The position numbers were made by a program, and so were the translations under genes. The notes beneath the pieces were generated by a model. That model was given only the letters and a program-made list of their open reading frames with translations. It was not told where the DNA came from and did no database searches. From Octopus sinensis (Eukaryota), in the NCBI RefSeq assembly GCF_006345805.1, contig NC_042999.1:87854001-87918000 (forward strand): a DNA stretch of 64,000 bases, read 5' to 3'. Of this stretch, positions 37,635 to 51,218 are shown piece by piece (positions within the stretch are counted from its first letter, which is position 1; every line of letters starts with the position of its first letter).

Positions 37635-40050
37635 TGTTTAACCACAGAAATAAAATTAAAAATTATTTTTTTCAGATATTCGTAATTCACAATTTGGAAA
37701 AGGAGTGCATTAATCGGTTGAAATGCCTCCAGACTGATAAAAAGCAAAAATAAAAATAAATAAATAAATAAATAAATTACAGCGCTATTAAAACTTAGGA
37801 GATTGAAGGATGATACGATACATATAAAAATAAACTGTGGTATTTAAACAATCGCTTTAGTTGTAGTGCTAACTCTCCGACTCCAGAACAACAGTACAGA
37901 ATACAACAACGAAAACAGCAATAATGGCAATGTTAATATTGATTTCTGAATTCTAAATTTTAATGTCAAAATAAAATATATAAGAATTAGCAATACCTAA
38001 GGTAAAGTTCATTTAAGTATAATTTAACTAAATATACGTATGTGAATATAATTTCAAAATATAGTGAATTAGATATATTCAATGCAGTCAAATTTATGAA
38101 AGAAGATACATCGACAGAAGATTACTTCTCAACCACGGCTCAAACCTTGTTCAGTTCTGTTTGCTTCCACTTCAACTACAAATATAGGACATTATAATTC
38201 TGAACGGTGAGTTAGACATTCTGACATTTTATTAATATTTCCCGGTTTTTCATTCTGGACAATAGAATGCATTATTTAAGAACCTGATGGCTAGCACTTA
38301 GCTCTTTACAATGCTTTTTCGTACAGCATTATTTTACCACTACCATAATGTAGAGAAAAATTTCCGAAATAAGCGCAGTGAACGAATTGTCACAATTAAT
38401 TCAGTCAAGAAATTGGTTAAACTAACACATATTACAAAAATTTCGGAACTGATTTGCATTGAGGATAACAGCGGATACTCAAGAACAGCTTGAAGATGGG
38501 TTTTAAAATTTCTGCTGAGCACTAAAGATGCATTTATAACTGTAAATGTCATGTCAGTTGATGTATTATATTACGTATTAAGTCATTTATGTATTATATT
38601 GACGTGTAGTAAAAAAAAGTGTATCAAAACTGTTCATTTTTCTTGATGTGGAAGTTATTTCAAAGTATTTCGATAGGGCGGATTTAATATCTAGTTAATA
38701 TCTATGCCCACTGGAAGCCATATAGTATTGTAAATTTTACCTAGTAATACCCTACTGAGAAAAGCGACTCGATATGATAAGATATTAAGGATGAATGGTA
38801 AGTGTTGTGCTTGATGTATACTTCAAACTGTATCTCACTATAACTGACCACCCGAGAGAAAATATTTGGATGAAAATGATTACATTACTTATATCAATGA
38901 TTAATTAACAGATATTTCTTTGCGACTAAGTAACAGAAGGTAGCAGTCATAGGAATTATATTCATCCATATTTGTAGCTGAAATAATAGCAGAAGTATGT
39001 GAAGTAGCAGATAGAAAGACAGTTAAAATCAGCGTCTTATGACTTGAACCGTAATGTGTAGACGTGAGCTTGCTGCCGAAGTTGTTGCGATTGCCCATAC
39101 TCAATTTTATGTGATTCTTGAACTTGGGAAAAGGATCAAAGGTGACACTAGACATTCAAAGATTTAGAGACCAACGATATCATTCTATTTATTTACTAAG
39201 ACGTGTATGACTTGTGTTCTTTGTAGTATTTTTATGTATGAGAAGTCATCTAGCCTTCTGGTATTAAGAAGCGTAAACGGTGAACAATCCAAATCAATTA
39301 CTGAATCTGGGAAAGAACATTTTTCTGAATGATGTCGGATAGCTTTCTCAATGATACTGCCATGACTTTAAACAAATTGACGTTAGCCACAAGAATCCCG
39401 ATTTTGTCTAAAAAGCATAGCATTAAACTAAATATGATTTGAACCGCTGCTGTCTACAATCAATCTATAAAGATACTTGAAGGATTTACCCTTTAAAAAA
39501 TTCAAGAAACATAATTAGCGATAGCAATATCCCAACTGAAACGGAGATTTGAAAACAAAAGCTGCAAGAAGAGTTTGTTGCTATATCAAGTTCCTACATC
39601 GATATATATAATGTCATTTCCTTTCTCTCTGAGAAAATGTTTATATCAATATTAAAGAATCCACACACATACAAGCTGTCCTCTAAACGGAACTTTGTGC
39701 ATTTTACGCAACAGTCATATGATATCTATTTACACGTCCGGAGAACTTTTGTCGACTGTTAATTGTAAATATCGCCCCCACCACCCCACACAGATCTGTT
39801 CTCTGCATATTTTCCTTGTATTCATCTGCCCACGCTGATATGGCCACTTTTACTCTTCTCTCGTCATCTGACAACAGCGGTACGTAAACTGGTAAGATAT
39901 CATTTAATAAACTGGCCGCTATTTCAATCGATAACTATATCAAACTATATTGTAAACAGGAGACCGCTCTAATGACATTTCCTCATATCAAGTAGCCATA
40001 TCTGTATTTACTAATGTCACAAAGACTACTTAATCACAACATTAGCCATA

Positions 40051-40104
<54 letters not shown>

Positions 40105-41707
40105 TGTGCGTTATCTATGTTTGCAAAGAGGTTTCCACGCTATTATCAATCTACATACACAGAAAGCATCTATTCAATGCACGTCGATTATAACAGATTT
40201 ATTCAGCTAACATATCCTGGTAATTCACTACACTTTTATACTCTCTCATCTGCGCTTCTTTGATATTTATGTTCCAGTTTCAAACCCCCTCTTTTCTCTC
40301 CCTTTTCGTTTTCTGTTTTTGTTTTCACAGTCGTTGAGAATACATTTTTAAACATACCTTATTAGTAGTATTGTTCTTTTTTCTTGTATTTAAAAGAAAG
40401 AAAGAAAACATCCCTGTATGCATAAAAAAACCATTTCATTTTTATTGCTATTATTGTTACTCACATCACTTATTCTGTCAACATGATGTCTGCTAAGCTA
40501 TCGTTAAAATATTTATTTAGCAGCAATTGTTTATATTTTAGCTTTTATAGATTTTTGCTGATGCCATTATTGATAGTATCGCTGTGTAACCCTTGACACT
40601 TCTAGTTTTATAGGACCACAGTGTGGGCCCCATTAACAGAGTTATTAATTTTTCCGACATTTTTTCCTGTTTCCATTTCTATCAATATAATTCGGTTTCG
40701 TCGCGACTCGAATGTTAAGTATTGTTTGGTCTTACTGTAACTGTGATTATTATCAGTAGTGCGCAAATAGTAACTGCATTGAAGATAATAGCACTTTGCT
40801 CATTGACCACTAATGAAAAATGGGCTGATTCTCTCCATCATATTGACTGAGACGGTACTAAAACTCTAATCTTGGCAACGAACCTAGATACAAAACTCTG
40901 TTTCCGAATTTATTTCTTTTTATCTTGCTGTTAATTCTGTTTTCCGATGGAAAACAACTTCCCATTTTCATTTCCCTATAATCTAATTTTATTTCCTTCT
41001 TCTCAGCCTTCTTTCTTCTTTCTTGTCTGAAAACGCAGTCATCCACCCATATTTCCACCCCTCGTTCCCTCCTATAAAACATCATTCTTCTCATATCATT
41101 TTATACTTGTTTGATTTCACCCATTCCTCAAACTATTTTTCTCCAACCTCTGTAAACTGTCACACGGCTGGGAATGTGCCAAAGTAGATTCATTCGCTTC
41201 TTTGAAATTTATTTCTCTCCTTCAAAGATGTAAAACATGCAAAATTGTGTAATGTGACTCGGGTTTCTTGTCAAAATATAGCTTCTCTGAATTATTATAT
41301 CCAGCTTCAAGAGTTCATTTATATCCATATATTTGTTGCTTTAAGATACCTTGTATTTATTACAGTTTGTTGCGAAGAGCAATTTAGAATATATTCATTT
41401 TAGCATGTATGTTTACTCACATGTTTCCTGTTTGAAATATGAAAATACTCATCCCTTCTGCACATATTAGCTTATTTCCGCGAAGAAAGTGGATATTGCT
41501 TGCTATCAAAAATAGAAAATACTTCAGGACAAGCCTTTTATATCTAGAATACCCAGGAAAAAGTGAAAGACAGAGATACAGAGGTATAATTATATGCGAA
41601 CAGAGAAGTTATCTATGCAATGGCATAAAATGTAGTTGCAAGGAATATATATATACTCATACATACATGAATATTTATGAATGCACACACAAACACACAC
41701 ACACATA

Positions 41708-42190
41708 TACGAGTTGGTATAAATAAGTTCCCGGACTGGTTTTGTAGCGCGCCAATACATCGTAACACACGGTTGTGTGCGCAGTGAGAGCTAGCAGTGA
41801 TCTTCCTAAGGCAGTGTATCGAGTGTCATAGTGCATTTACTTCGCAAGTCGTGAAATTCGTGTTTCTCTGATCACGTGTATGCTGTAGTCTACGATTATG
41901 TCATGGACAGAAACAAAGTCAACGTAAAATTTCGCGCTGAACTTGGAGAGGTTTCTATAAGGATATTGAGCATGCTTGGCAAGCTTAAGGCGAAGAGGCA
42001 TGGGGCATACGCAATGTTTCAAGTGAGATGGGTGCTTCAAAAGCGGAAGAACGTCCCTGGAAGACCACGAGCAATCTGGAAGACTTGCCAAGGGCGTCAC
42101 ACCCGGAGATGTGGTATTGTGCTTCGAAGATTGGGACTGTCAATGAAGAGTTCTATTGTGGCGTTTTGAAGTGTTTGAGGGAGGACATTT
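41708..42190 (+). mobile_element. Mariner 5' end with left TIR, internally deleted
   Basis: Starts TACGAGTTGGTATAAATAAGTTCCCGGACT. MDRNKVNVKF.., AMGHTQCFK..GCFKSGRTSLED.. jumps to VNEEFYCGVLKCLREDI. Confidence 0.8.
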
Positions 42191-42479
42191 AAAAATCAAA
42201 TCCCAAAACATTTGAGGGAGAAAATTTAAAACACAAATCCCAAAACTTTCTACATATTTGCGAAAGAATCCTCTACGGTGCGTTACAAGATAGGGCCACT
42301 GTTCGAAGAAACTGGTTTACTGGATGCAAACATCCAAAAGACAAGTGAAATTCTAATGAAACAATTCCACCGTTATCAAGTTTCTTCTTAGTAATATGCA
42401 TATAAGCCCGACGAATTCAACGCTTCACCTTTACACAAGGAAGAGGCAAGTATCGATTACATCGCAATTGAAAGAGGAG

Positions 42480-43230
42480 GATGGAATATCAGCCACTGGT
42501 GAGGTGAACTCGAACTCAGCAATGGGCTCTGATGGCTTGCCAGGTGTGTGACCTCCAAATTGTTAGAAAACTCGGAGTGAGTTTCATAACTTTTTAGTGG
42601 GTAAAGCAAGTTATTTGCAGTCAACGCTGCTATCCCCAAGGAGACCTCAGCTCAATACAGAGTCTCTCAAAGAACTTCATTAACACCACTAGTGATTGTG
42701 GTGGCTCTCTTAGACAAGTACAGTTCCTCGGTCATATGATAAGGCAAAAACTCCAGATACACAGATAAGGCAAGAATGATAAGGCAAAAACTCCAGATAC
42801 ACATGATCGCAATATATAAGTGGACTGAAAAAATCAACGTGCAGTTCAATGATGAAAATTTGAAGCTCCCCGTTATCAGCCCACATGTATAGGGGTTATT
42901 GCAACCCCAAAGCTACAAACGGTGCATAATCCACTGCAGTAATGATGCCTTATTCCAAATACATATCACTAAGACAGCAACAATGTGCATGTGGCTGGTG
43001 TATAAGAGATTATTTATAAGAAAACTAGGAAACCATGTTAGCGCTGTGGTATACATTTGTTTTCAGGTTTCTCGTCTACTACTCTCAGTTATGGTTACCA
43101 TATGGCGTCAAACTAACAGCAAATCACCAGATAGTTCAATACTCTGACAGGAGCATTGTTTTAATGCAACAGATGAGCTATAGGGAGAAGTTCATCTGTT
43201 GCATTGAAGAGAGAAGCTAAAAGAACTGTA
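42480..43230 (+). mobile_element. CR1-clade LINE RT fragment, degenerate
   Basis: IYKWTEKINVQFNDE, SNDALFQIHITK and MLALWYTFVFRFLVYYSQLWLP (MLxLWxSLVxSRLxYCSQLWSP). Confidence 0.7.
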
Positions 43231-43829
43231 AACCCAGTTAAACCTCCCAAAAGCGGGAAGTAAATGAGAAAATATACAAATGTGATGGAAGAATCTCGTT
43301 TTGGGGTTAGAACCAGATGTTTTTCTCTTTCGTTGAGAAATTTAAAAATAAAAATAGTAAAATATATATACATAACATATACACTTTATATGTGCTTGCA
43401 TGTTTGTAAGTGTATGTGTGTTTTTGTAATAGAACAACAGTTCGTGAATGTATGTTTGTACAAATGAAACCGATTAAAACATTTCAGTTGGTTTGTTCGC
43501 TCTCAAATCAATTATAGGAAAATATCAAACGAATAACTTCAGAGGCGGTATCAATTAGAGGAACTTTGGCTGGCTTAATCATTATGGTACTACTAGATAT
43601 CAATACTTAATGGTTTGGGTGCGAAGATTCTTCAGAATTTCAAAATTAAGCTCCTAAAAGACGTCTATCATAGGACATGCATTTACAATTTGAAATACCT
43701 GTTAATATTTTTTATATTGCATATGAGTTATTTTTTAAATTTATTTATCTTTTTAATCTATATAATGAATAAAAATATTAGGGCTAAATTTTGGTGTCTA
43801 TTTTTGTCAGAAAGAGCTTCATATATATC

Positions 43830-44215
43830 AGTGGACTGTATTGGCACATTTGAATCTATCCCCACACCTTTGAACAGGGCCTAGGCTCAATTCAGACGAA
43901 TGTGTGAAGCTATTGAAGATTCTGGCTGGAGAGGAGTTACTCCTAGGAGGACATATGTGTAGCAGCAAAATTCGGCTCCTTGCAAACCTCCGGAAAGAGT
44001 CACAAGAGGTTGTCGGATATTTTCTACGATCACTGGCCTCCAGTGTCCCTCGATTGTAATTCCTTGGAGTAATATATGTGGGACACAGTTGAGGAAAACA
44101 CAGACCGCTTTTACCCACAATTTTGATGTTTTTAAATACATATATTTATGAACTGGATATTGTGTTTTCTTTTCCTTTTATGCAAACTGTAAAATTCATC
44201 CTGAACACCCTTTAT
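43830..44215 (+). mobile_element. Tc1/mariner (maT/DD37D-like) fragment with right-end terminus
   Basis: YV*QQNSAPC and HWPPVSLDCNSLE*YMWDTVE. Terminus AATTCATCCTGAACACCCTTTATA. Confidence 0.7.
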
Positions 44216-44353
44216 ATAAATATATTTTTACATATATATTGATATATTATATACCTGTGTATACATATACATACATTGTATATGTATATACATACACATA
44301 TACACGAATATACATACATAAATATATACATATATACGTGCATACATATACAT

Positions 44354-44452
44354 TCTTTTATTCTTTTACAAGTTTCAGTCAGTTGACTGTGGCCATGCTG
44401 GAGTACCGCCTTAGAGGGTTTTAGTCGAAAACTTCGGCCCCAGGACTTATTC
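44354..44452 (-). mobile_element. SINE family A 3' tail fragment (5'-truncated)
   Basis: Minus strand AAGGCGGTACTCCAGCATGGCCACAGTCAACTGACTGAAACTTGTAAAAGA. Confidence 0.88.
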
Positions 44453-45305
44453 ATTATGAATTGAGCTTGCTTACCATCTCTTCAACTGACACAGCATTAT
44501 CCTTCTCAAGCTCTGAGAAAAGAAGTTCATCATCAAATTCAACAGGGCGTTCTGTTCATGGCCTCTCGCTTAAGCAGAAATCATCATTTTTGAACTTTGG
44601 AAGCTATTTTCTGCAACTACTTTCGTTCAAGCACTCATAAACAACATGAATATTTTGGGTTGCATCTGCTGCATTCTTACTCTTTTTCAACTCATGAAGC
44701 ATTATCTGCCTTGTTTTTGTGGGGTTTATATTAAAAATTAATTCAGGTAGATTATTCTGTAAAAAGAAATTATATTACGTTAAAGGTTTCTAAATTCAAT
44801 CATTACGATTTGACATTTTAGAATATTGTAAAACTTTGATAGAAATTACATATATGATATTTCGGATATTATTTATGGAATGATCTGATAGTTTGGGCTG
44901 CAAATGATTGTATTAACATTTATGATAAATAACAATCTGGGTTGCGATTAAACCCGAATTTTAAAAGAAGTTCTCTGTGCTGTCTATAAATTGTTCAGCT
45001 AAAATTCATACCTAAAATTACTGAAACGTCTCACCATAAATCTAACAGCCAGTCTTGTAACACCCTGAATCATGCTAATTTTGCCGGAACATTACAATAA
45101 ACTAGATGCATCAAATGCATTTATACTATATTTCAATGAGTATACTACTCAGTTGATAGAACTGGAATAATCTTTGTGAAAACTGATGGAGGATTCACAT
45201 ACTTTCTCTATCCCTCTCTATCTCTCTCTCTTTTTATTAGTGCGTGTATCACTCCCTTTTTTTACTTATCCCCCTATAAATATATTTGGTGGCGGAACTT
45301 CAGCA

Positions 45306-45814
45306 ACCCAGCGCCATTACGCAAAGAAGATTGACTCGGTGAAAGAGATGAGCTACTGGGAGAGACTACAAGAACTGAAGCTCTGCTCCCTGGAGAGAAG
45401 GCGAGAAAGTTATGCAAGTAATATACATATGAAAGATTCTGGAACGTCTAGCTCCCAACATAGTAATTAAAAGCTATACCAACCACCGAACTGGACGGCA
45501 CTGCATAATACTAGAGACATTGTCTTCTTCATCTCGGATTAGTACCCACTACTGCAACAGCTTGGGTTTCAGGGGACCACACATTTTTAACATCCTGCCA
45601 AACAGTATCAGAGATTTGCGAGGTGTAGATGTAGAAACCTTCAAAAGCACCTGGACAAATTTCTATCTGAAATCTCAGACCAACCCAGAATGCAGCAGGA
45701 GGAACAAAGAGGAGCAGCTCCGTCCAAATCGCTTCTTCACCAAAATCAGTATAGAAGTAAGACCCAAAACACTGAAAGGCGGTGCTCCAGCATGGCCCTG
45801 ACCTTTGGCTGAAA
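45306..45814 (+). mobile_element. CR1-clade LINE 3' end
   Basis: QRHYAKKIDSVKEMSYWERLQELKLCSLERRRE and CNSLGFRGPHIFNILPNSIRDL. Ends AAGGCGGTGCTCCAGCATGGCC...CTGAAATCGGTAAAA, then (TA)n. Confidence 0.88.
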
Positions 45815-45821
45815 TCGGTAA

Positions 45822-45862
<41 letters not shown>

Positions 45863-47004
45863 AAGAGAGAGATAAATAATACCAACATAGCTACATATAA
45901 ACACACACACACGCGCACACATGTATAATATATGTATGTAAATATATATATGTGTATGTGTGTGTGTGTGTGCATGTGTGTGTACGTGAGGTGTGTGTGT
46001 GAGTGTGTGTGCGTGCATCTGCGTATCTGTATGTATATATGTATATATACAAGTGCGTCGGTGTGTAAGTTTTTGTGTTTCTGCGAACACATAAGCTTAA
46101 TCTTACAGCTGAAGTTCATAGAGACCCAAATAAATATACTTAAGGCAGGCTGTAAATATGCTTACCAGAGAGCACGTGATTAATTCATTTCATGAATCAT
46201 TTACATTGATCAATTAAACGGTTTACATTAACATTCATCCGTTGTCAATATGACATTATTTCTAGTATATCAATTGAAAAGCACTTTCTTCCCTTCTAGT
46301 CTCCCACTCTAGTTTAACTTTGTTTGTATAGCCAGAAAACTGGTCAATTCCTAACCACGCTTCCGACCCTCAGAAAAAGGGTTTATTTGAATTGTATACA
46401 GAATGATGCAAAGTTTGAATGAAAATAAAATGTGAAATGAACTACGTATGTTTTTTTTTTATTTTCTTTTATTCTTACTGAATTCATTTAGCTTGTTGGT
46501 GACAGACGCTACAAAAACCGAACTATGAGAGGATGAACTTAAGTGGATGAGAGAACATGAAATAAATTTTGCAATGTAATGAAATACTTATTATACATCA
46601 AAACGCTTATATACCGAAACCAATAGTGCTAACGTATTAACGCTTGCTAACTGAATCTGTTCTTGTCCGAGAAGATCTATAAAGAGAAATATATTCCAGT
46701 CATGAACATCCGCTTTTGATTTTCAGGTAGAATGTCGTCCAAGATAGTATTATTGTATGAGTCTTTCTTTTATTAAAACGGTAAGAAATAATTTAAAAGA
46801 AATTTGGCTACACCATCGTACAGGATGAGCGAACATGCAAAGTGTTAACTTTTTTCAATAAATATGCTCAACAATATATAACTAGATGCATTTTGCTAGA
46901 TAGACAGCTCAGTCAAGAGATCAATGTTTGGAACATTACTATAGTATAGAATTCGGGCACTTACCATCAATGATTTGGAAGTTAAAATAAATCCTTATTG
47001 ATTA

Positions 47005-47160
47005 GGCGCATGCATAGCTGTATGATTATGAAGTTGCTTCGCAACTACGCGGGCTGAGGTCCCATGCACTGCGTTGCAAGTTGTGCATGAGTCTTCTATC
47101 ACAATGAAAGTTCGACGAAAATCTTCTTGAGAAAAATTCGCTGGAGAGAAATTGCAGGTA
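47005..47160 (+). mobile_element. SINE family A head, highly diverged
   Basis: GGCGCATGCATAGCTGTATGATTATGAAGTTGCTTCGCAAC aligns loosely with the family A head. Confidence 0.55.
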
Positions 47161-47402
47161 AGGTCGACAGGATAAATCGCCCCTTTTTTTGGTGAGTGAC
47201 ATAAGGTGCAGCCTGATTTAACAACACTACCTGATCATTGATTGCTTTTAGTGGACCATAATACGTTACATACATTCGATTATTTGCATGAATAATATGA
47301 GAAATTCCTTACAGCATATGCAAAGAACATGAAACATGACATTAGTGTCGCCTTTTCTCCCTTACCACGACAATTTACAGATAGACAGACTGACAGACAG
47401 AC

Positions 47403-47441
<39 letters not shown>

Positions 47442-47529
47442 TATAGATATAGATAGATAGATAGATACATACATACATACATATATACATACATACATAC
47501 ATACATGCATGCATGCATATATACATATA

Positions 47530-48290
47530 CAGCCTCTCTGTGATGTTGTTTATACTTTCTGTAAACCCCTTGTCATTCATGTTAAGGACGTCTGAAGGAT
47601 ATATTACTGGTTCACAAGGAAACAGAAATACCAAAATTACACACTGTTTCTTTGTGGATTGGCTTAAAACTTTATGCAAAGAATATGCATGAGATGAAAA
47701 AGAGCCTTGACCAAGTTACAACATTTTCAAAGGCTGTAGGGTTGGAGTTTGTTTAGGATAAATGTTGTTATATGGTTGTGAAAATGAAGAAGATTATAAA
47801 CCATATAGTAACATTTCCATCAATAATTTGACTGTTTCCCCTGTACCTGACGAAGAATGTTATAGTTGACTAGGGGGTGGATGAAAATATATTTTACAAT
47901 GGCACCTGTAACACATCGGGTGTCACTAAAGAATATTACAGCCGAATAAAGAAAATTTGGACCTCATAACACTCTGCATTTAATAAAACAGTGGCCAACA
48001 ATGTGTTTACAGTACCAGTACTAATACAAACATTCGAGCTGTGAAAACCTGAAAAATACTTACGAGCACACATAATTTCCACATAAACTGTGACGTAGAC
48101 CGTCTTTACCTAAAACGTAAACAAGCAGAGGCTTAAAATCGATCCAAAATGCCTTTGAATGCCACATCATATCCGTTCGGCAACATCTTTTAACCACCAA
48201 GCGTCGAAGTGCATCCCTTGACCAAGTTTGCATACATGAGCCTGATAACATCATAAGACTTGGAAGGTAGCTGGCCCAGTGATTGCAATC
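47530..48290 (+). mobile_element. Dong/R4-clade RT fragment, same family as 28090-29560
   Basis: Nucleotide-level similarity to 28150-28890, e.g. ATTACTGGTTCACA..GAAACAGAAATA.CAAAATTACA.ACTGTTTCTTTGTGGAT. Confidence 0.8.
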
Positions 48291-48304
48291 CCTGAATCAA
48301 AATC

Positions 48305-49002
48305 CCTGGGCACTGACATAGAGTAGTGATGCGTCTTTCCAGATGCACATTACTAAGTTGGTAATATAATGCAGGCGGCTGGCCGGATGAAACCTTAGAA
48401 CTTTCAGAAACAGAAAAAAAGACAACATGATGGTCATCTGGAGGACGTTTGATCTCAGTCGTTTAGACCACTGCTACCCACATAGTGTAAAAATTGACGG
48501 CGGAATCCGGCGAAGCTACACGAGGAAGAACGTCTCAATGAGACATGTCAGCTGCAGAGAGAAGCTTCCTAGGCAGGAATATAGGAGTGATATATGTCTG
48601 GAAAATCCTGGGAGGACACTACCAAACATTGCCATTGAAAATTACAGTTACAACAGAACGAGAAACCACGGCATAGTGCCAAAAGCCCAATATTGCCATC
48701 AGAACATAGGACCAGATACTGCAACATCTTGTGTTTGAAGGGCTCTCATCTTTTCAACACCATCCCAAAACGCCTGAAAGACCAGCATGTGGCGAATGTA
48801 GCCATCTTCGAAATGAAACTGGTGCCCGTCCTGTTAGGAGTTCTGCATGAACTTACTTCGCTGCAGGGAACGCAGCCGAAGGGCAGCAAAATCAAACTTT
48901 ATCATTCACCAAATGTTACACATCAGAAGTTTCAAGTAATAAAAGTGTAGCAAAGCATACTTTGGTATTGCAGAATGGCTGCAGCCCTTGAGATGAAACT
49001 AG

Positions 49003-49004
<2 letters not shown>
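48305..49004 (+). mobile_element. CR1-clade LINE 3' portion, degenerate
   Basis: SSDASFQMHITKL, MMVIWRTFDLSRLDHC, IYVWKIL and RTRYCNILCLKGSHLFNTIPKRLKD. A degenerate SINE-like tail is at 48963-49004. Confidence 0.8.
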
Positions 49005-49047
<43 letters not shown>

Positions 49048-49052
49048 GATAG

Positions 49053-49104
<52 letters not shown>

Positions 49105-49108
<4 letters not shown>

Positions 49109-49249
49109 ATACATCAAGAGGCTTCCAAATAGGAAAGCCTTGTGCTAGAAAGAGCGGTAGAAAACTCAAACCACCAATTATTAAGGATAATTTCTACTGC
49201 TCTTTCTAGCACTAGGCTTTCCTATTTGGAAGCCTCTTGATGTATTTCT
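49105..49249. repeat. 59-bp inverted repeat with 27-bp spacer (MITE- or PLE-like foldback)
   Basis: 49105-49163 versus 49191-49249, reverse-complementary with two mismatches. Confidence 0.9.
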
Positions 49250-49333
49250 ATGTGAATAATATATAGTCAAATAACTAAGTTTTTGGGTGCTAGACCACTG
49301 GTAATAATAATTTCTTATTACCCTATTGTTATT

Positions 49334-49370
<37 letters not shown>

Positions 49371-51107
49371 ATGTTTGCATATATACATATGAAATAATGA
49401 TGCATGTATACATAGATGGAGTAACGCATATACACACACTAATGCGTATGCGCGCGTATTCATACACATATATGTTTAATGTACAAACGATTGTTTTCTT
49501 AACTATTGCAACAACTGCAGCAAGTATAAATGATTATTCGCTTCTATTTAATCAATGTGAGGTATCTTCCAGCAAACAAGTTGAGTTTGAATATCTAAAA
49601 CAAGCTCTTTATAACAATGTTAAAGAAATGTGAAGATGTAGCGATAATAATTCATTCATATCCACGACTTGAATATCATTAGCATTAAAATGTTTCTACC
49701 GGTAAACTCTATTGTCTTTAATTGATAGTTATGGTTTATTTTTATTTGGCTTCTCAAATTCAAACTGGTTTTGACATTCAGAAGATCGTGATTTTTTATT
49801 AATTTGCCGTTAAATTTATTTAAAATGCCTTGTGTATTGAGCCATTATGTAAATAAAAAAGACCCTTTTAGCTACGGATATGCTGGTATTTATTATTCTC
49901 CAATAAATTTCAGTAATTTTTAAATTGCATCTATTCAATATTATGTATGTAATGTTCATTTTATTGTTTCCTTTCATAAGCAATAATAATAATCTGACTA
50001 ATTTATTGTTAGTCATGTGAACGGCATCTTTTGTGAATTAGAATGTAGAATACGTCTGGTTACTTCCTAGAAAACCTTCTATTTCAGGGATGCTTTCCAA
50101 GTATATTACAATTATTCATTTTATCAGCTCGTGAAGGATGAGATTCGGAATTTATTCAGACAGAATCTGAATGCAATAATGCCATATACCAATTATTTAA
50201 GACACCATGAAACAAGCACTCTATAGTTCGTCAGTTAGCCTTATTGCGGTATATTAAACCAGAAAAGAATTGAACACAGAACTAAAGATAGGAAGGGAAA
50301 TATCGTAATGCCTTTAGGTTTTAGCTAAAACCACCATTATTGTTTAAGTTTAGATGTCTTAAGTGCATCTTAAGAAATATTTGCGTGATTAGTAAATTGG
50401 CATTTCTGTACAGGGCGAAAAAACAAAACAAAAATGGTTATTCACATTTAAATTCAGCAATAAATAGTCCATGTATTGAAAGGTTAAACAAAAAGTGTTT
50501 TCAAATTTGACTCACATGTACAAGAAAGTTTACTTTCTTTCTGTGGCAATAATTGTATATAACTAATTTGTATTTCCATGTCTAAGGACTGCACGGTTAC
50601 GCGTATTTTCTTAGTTTACAGTATCAATTGTGCTACCACCTAGGTTGTAAAAGTAAGCATTACATACCAAAACTAGTGTTCTTGAAAAACAAGGAACGCG
50701 CAACCTAGTTAATTTTCTTTCTTTCCGAGGTTCTTAACATCACCATTGTATTTAAGGAGCATGGATTGCATTTCTACACAGCTCTTCTACGCGAAGAAAA
50801 TAAACACCTGTCTTACTCTCTTTATAACAGTGTGTATCCAGACAAGTTTGAGTTTCGAGCCAGAAATGATGTTGCGTGAACTACGAAAAGTAACGTAGCA
50901 TATAGAAAGTTAATTATTTATCAAACCAAGTATATTAGTTTTGTTGCTATTTGTTGGAATTACTAAACTAATGGGTTTTCGCTTATGTTGGCTATTGTTT
51001 CACATTTTATGCAAGAAACATTAAAATATGGTTCCATTTGCTGGATTTACTTTAAATAAACATAATAGTATAACTGACTTATAATTGTTGAAGCGAAGTG
51101 ATCTTAC

Positions 51108-51218
51108 TGTCCATGGATCATTAGAAATTACATTATACACAATAATAGGACACCATTCTGTTTTGATCCAGTTCACTGTTGGTGAATAACTACTCCTCTT
51201 TAAAGATTTAACTCTCAT
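51108..51218 (-). other. Candidate 111-bp host exon (unverified)
   Basis: Minus strand TTCCTATGTAG|ATG...ACA|GTAAGA. Open only in phase 0 (MRVKSLKRSSYSPTVNWIKTEWCPIIVYNVISNDPWT). No recognised homology. Confidence 0.2.

Noticed and set aside
38901-39155. 84-aa minus-strand ORF of ordinary composition
   Set aside because: No recognisable motif and no convincing splice donor.
40770-41250. Pyrimidine-rich tract with a minus-strand ORF, possibly an old retroelement
   Set aside because: No diagnostic RT or integrase motif is readable.
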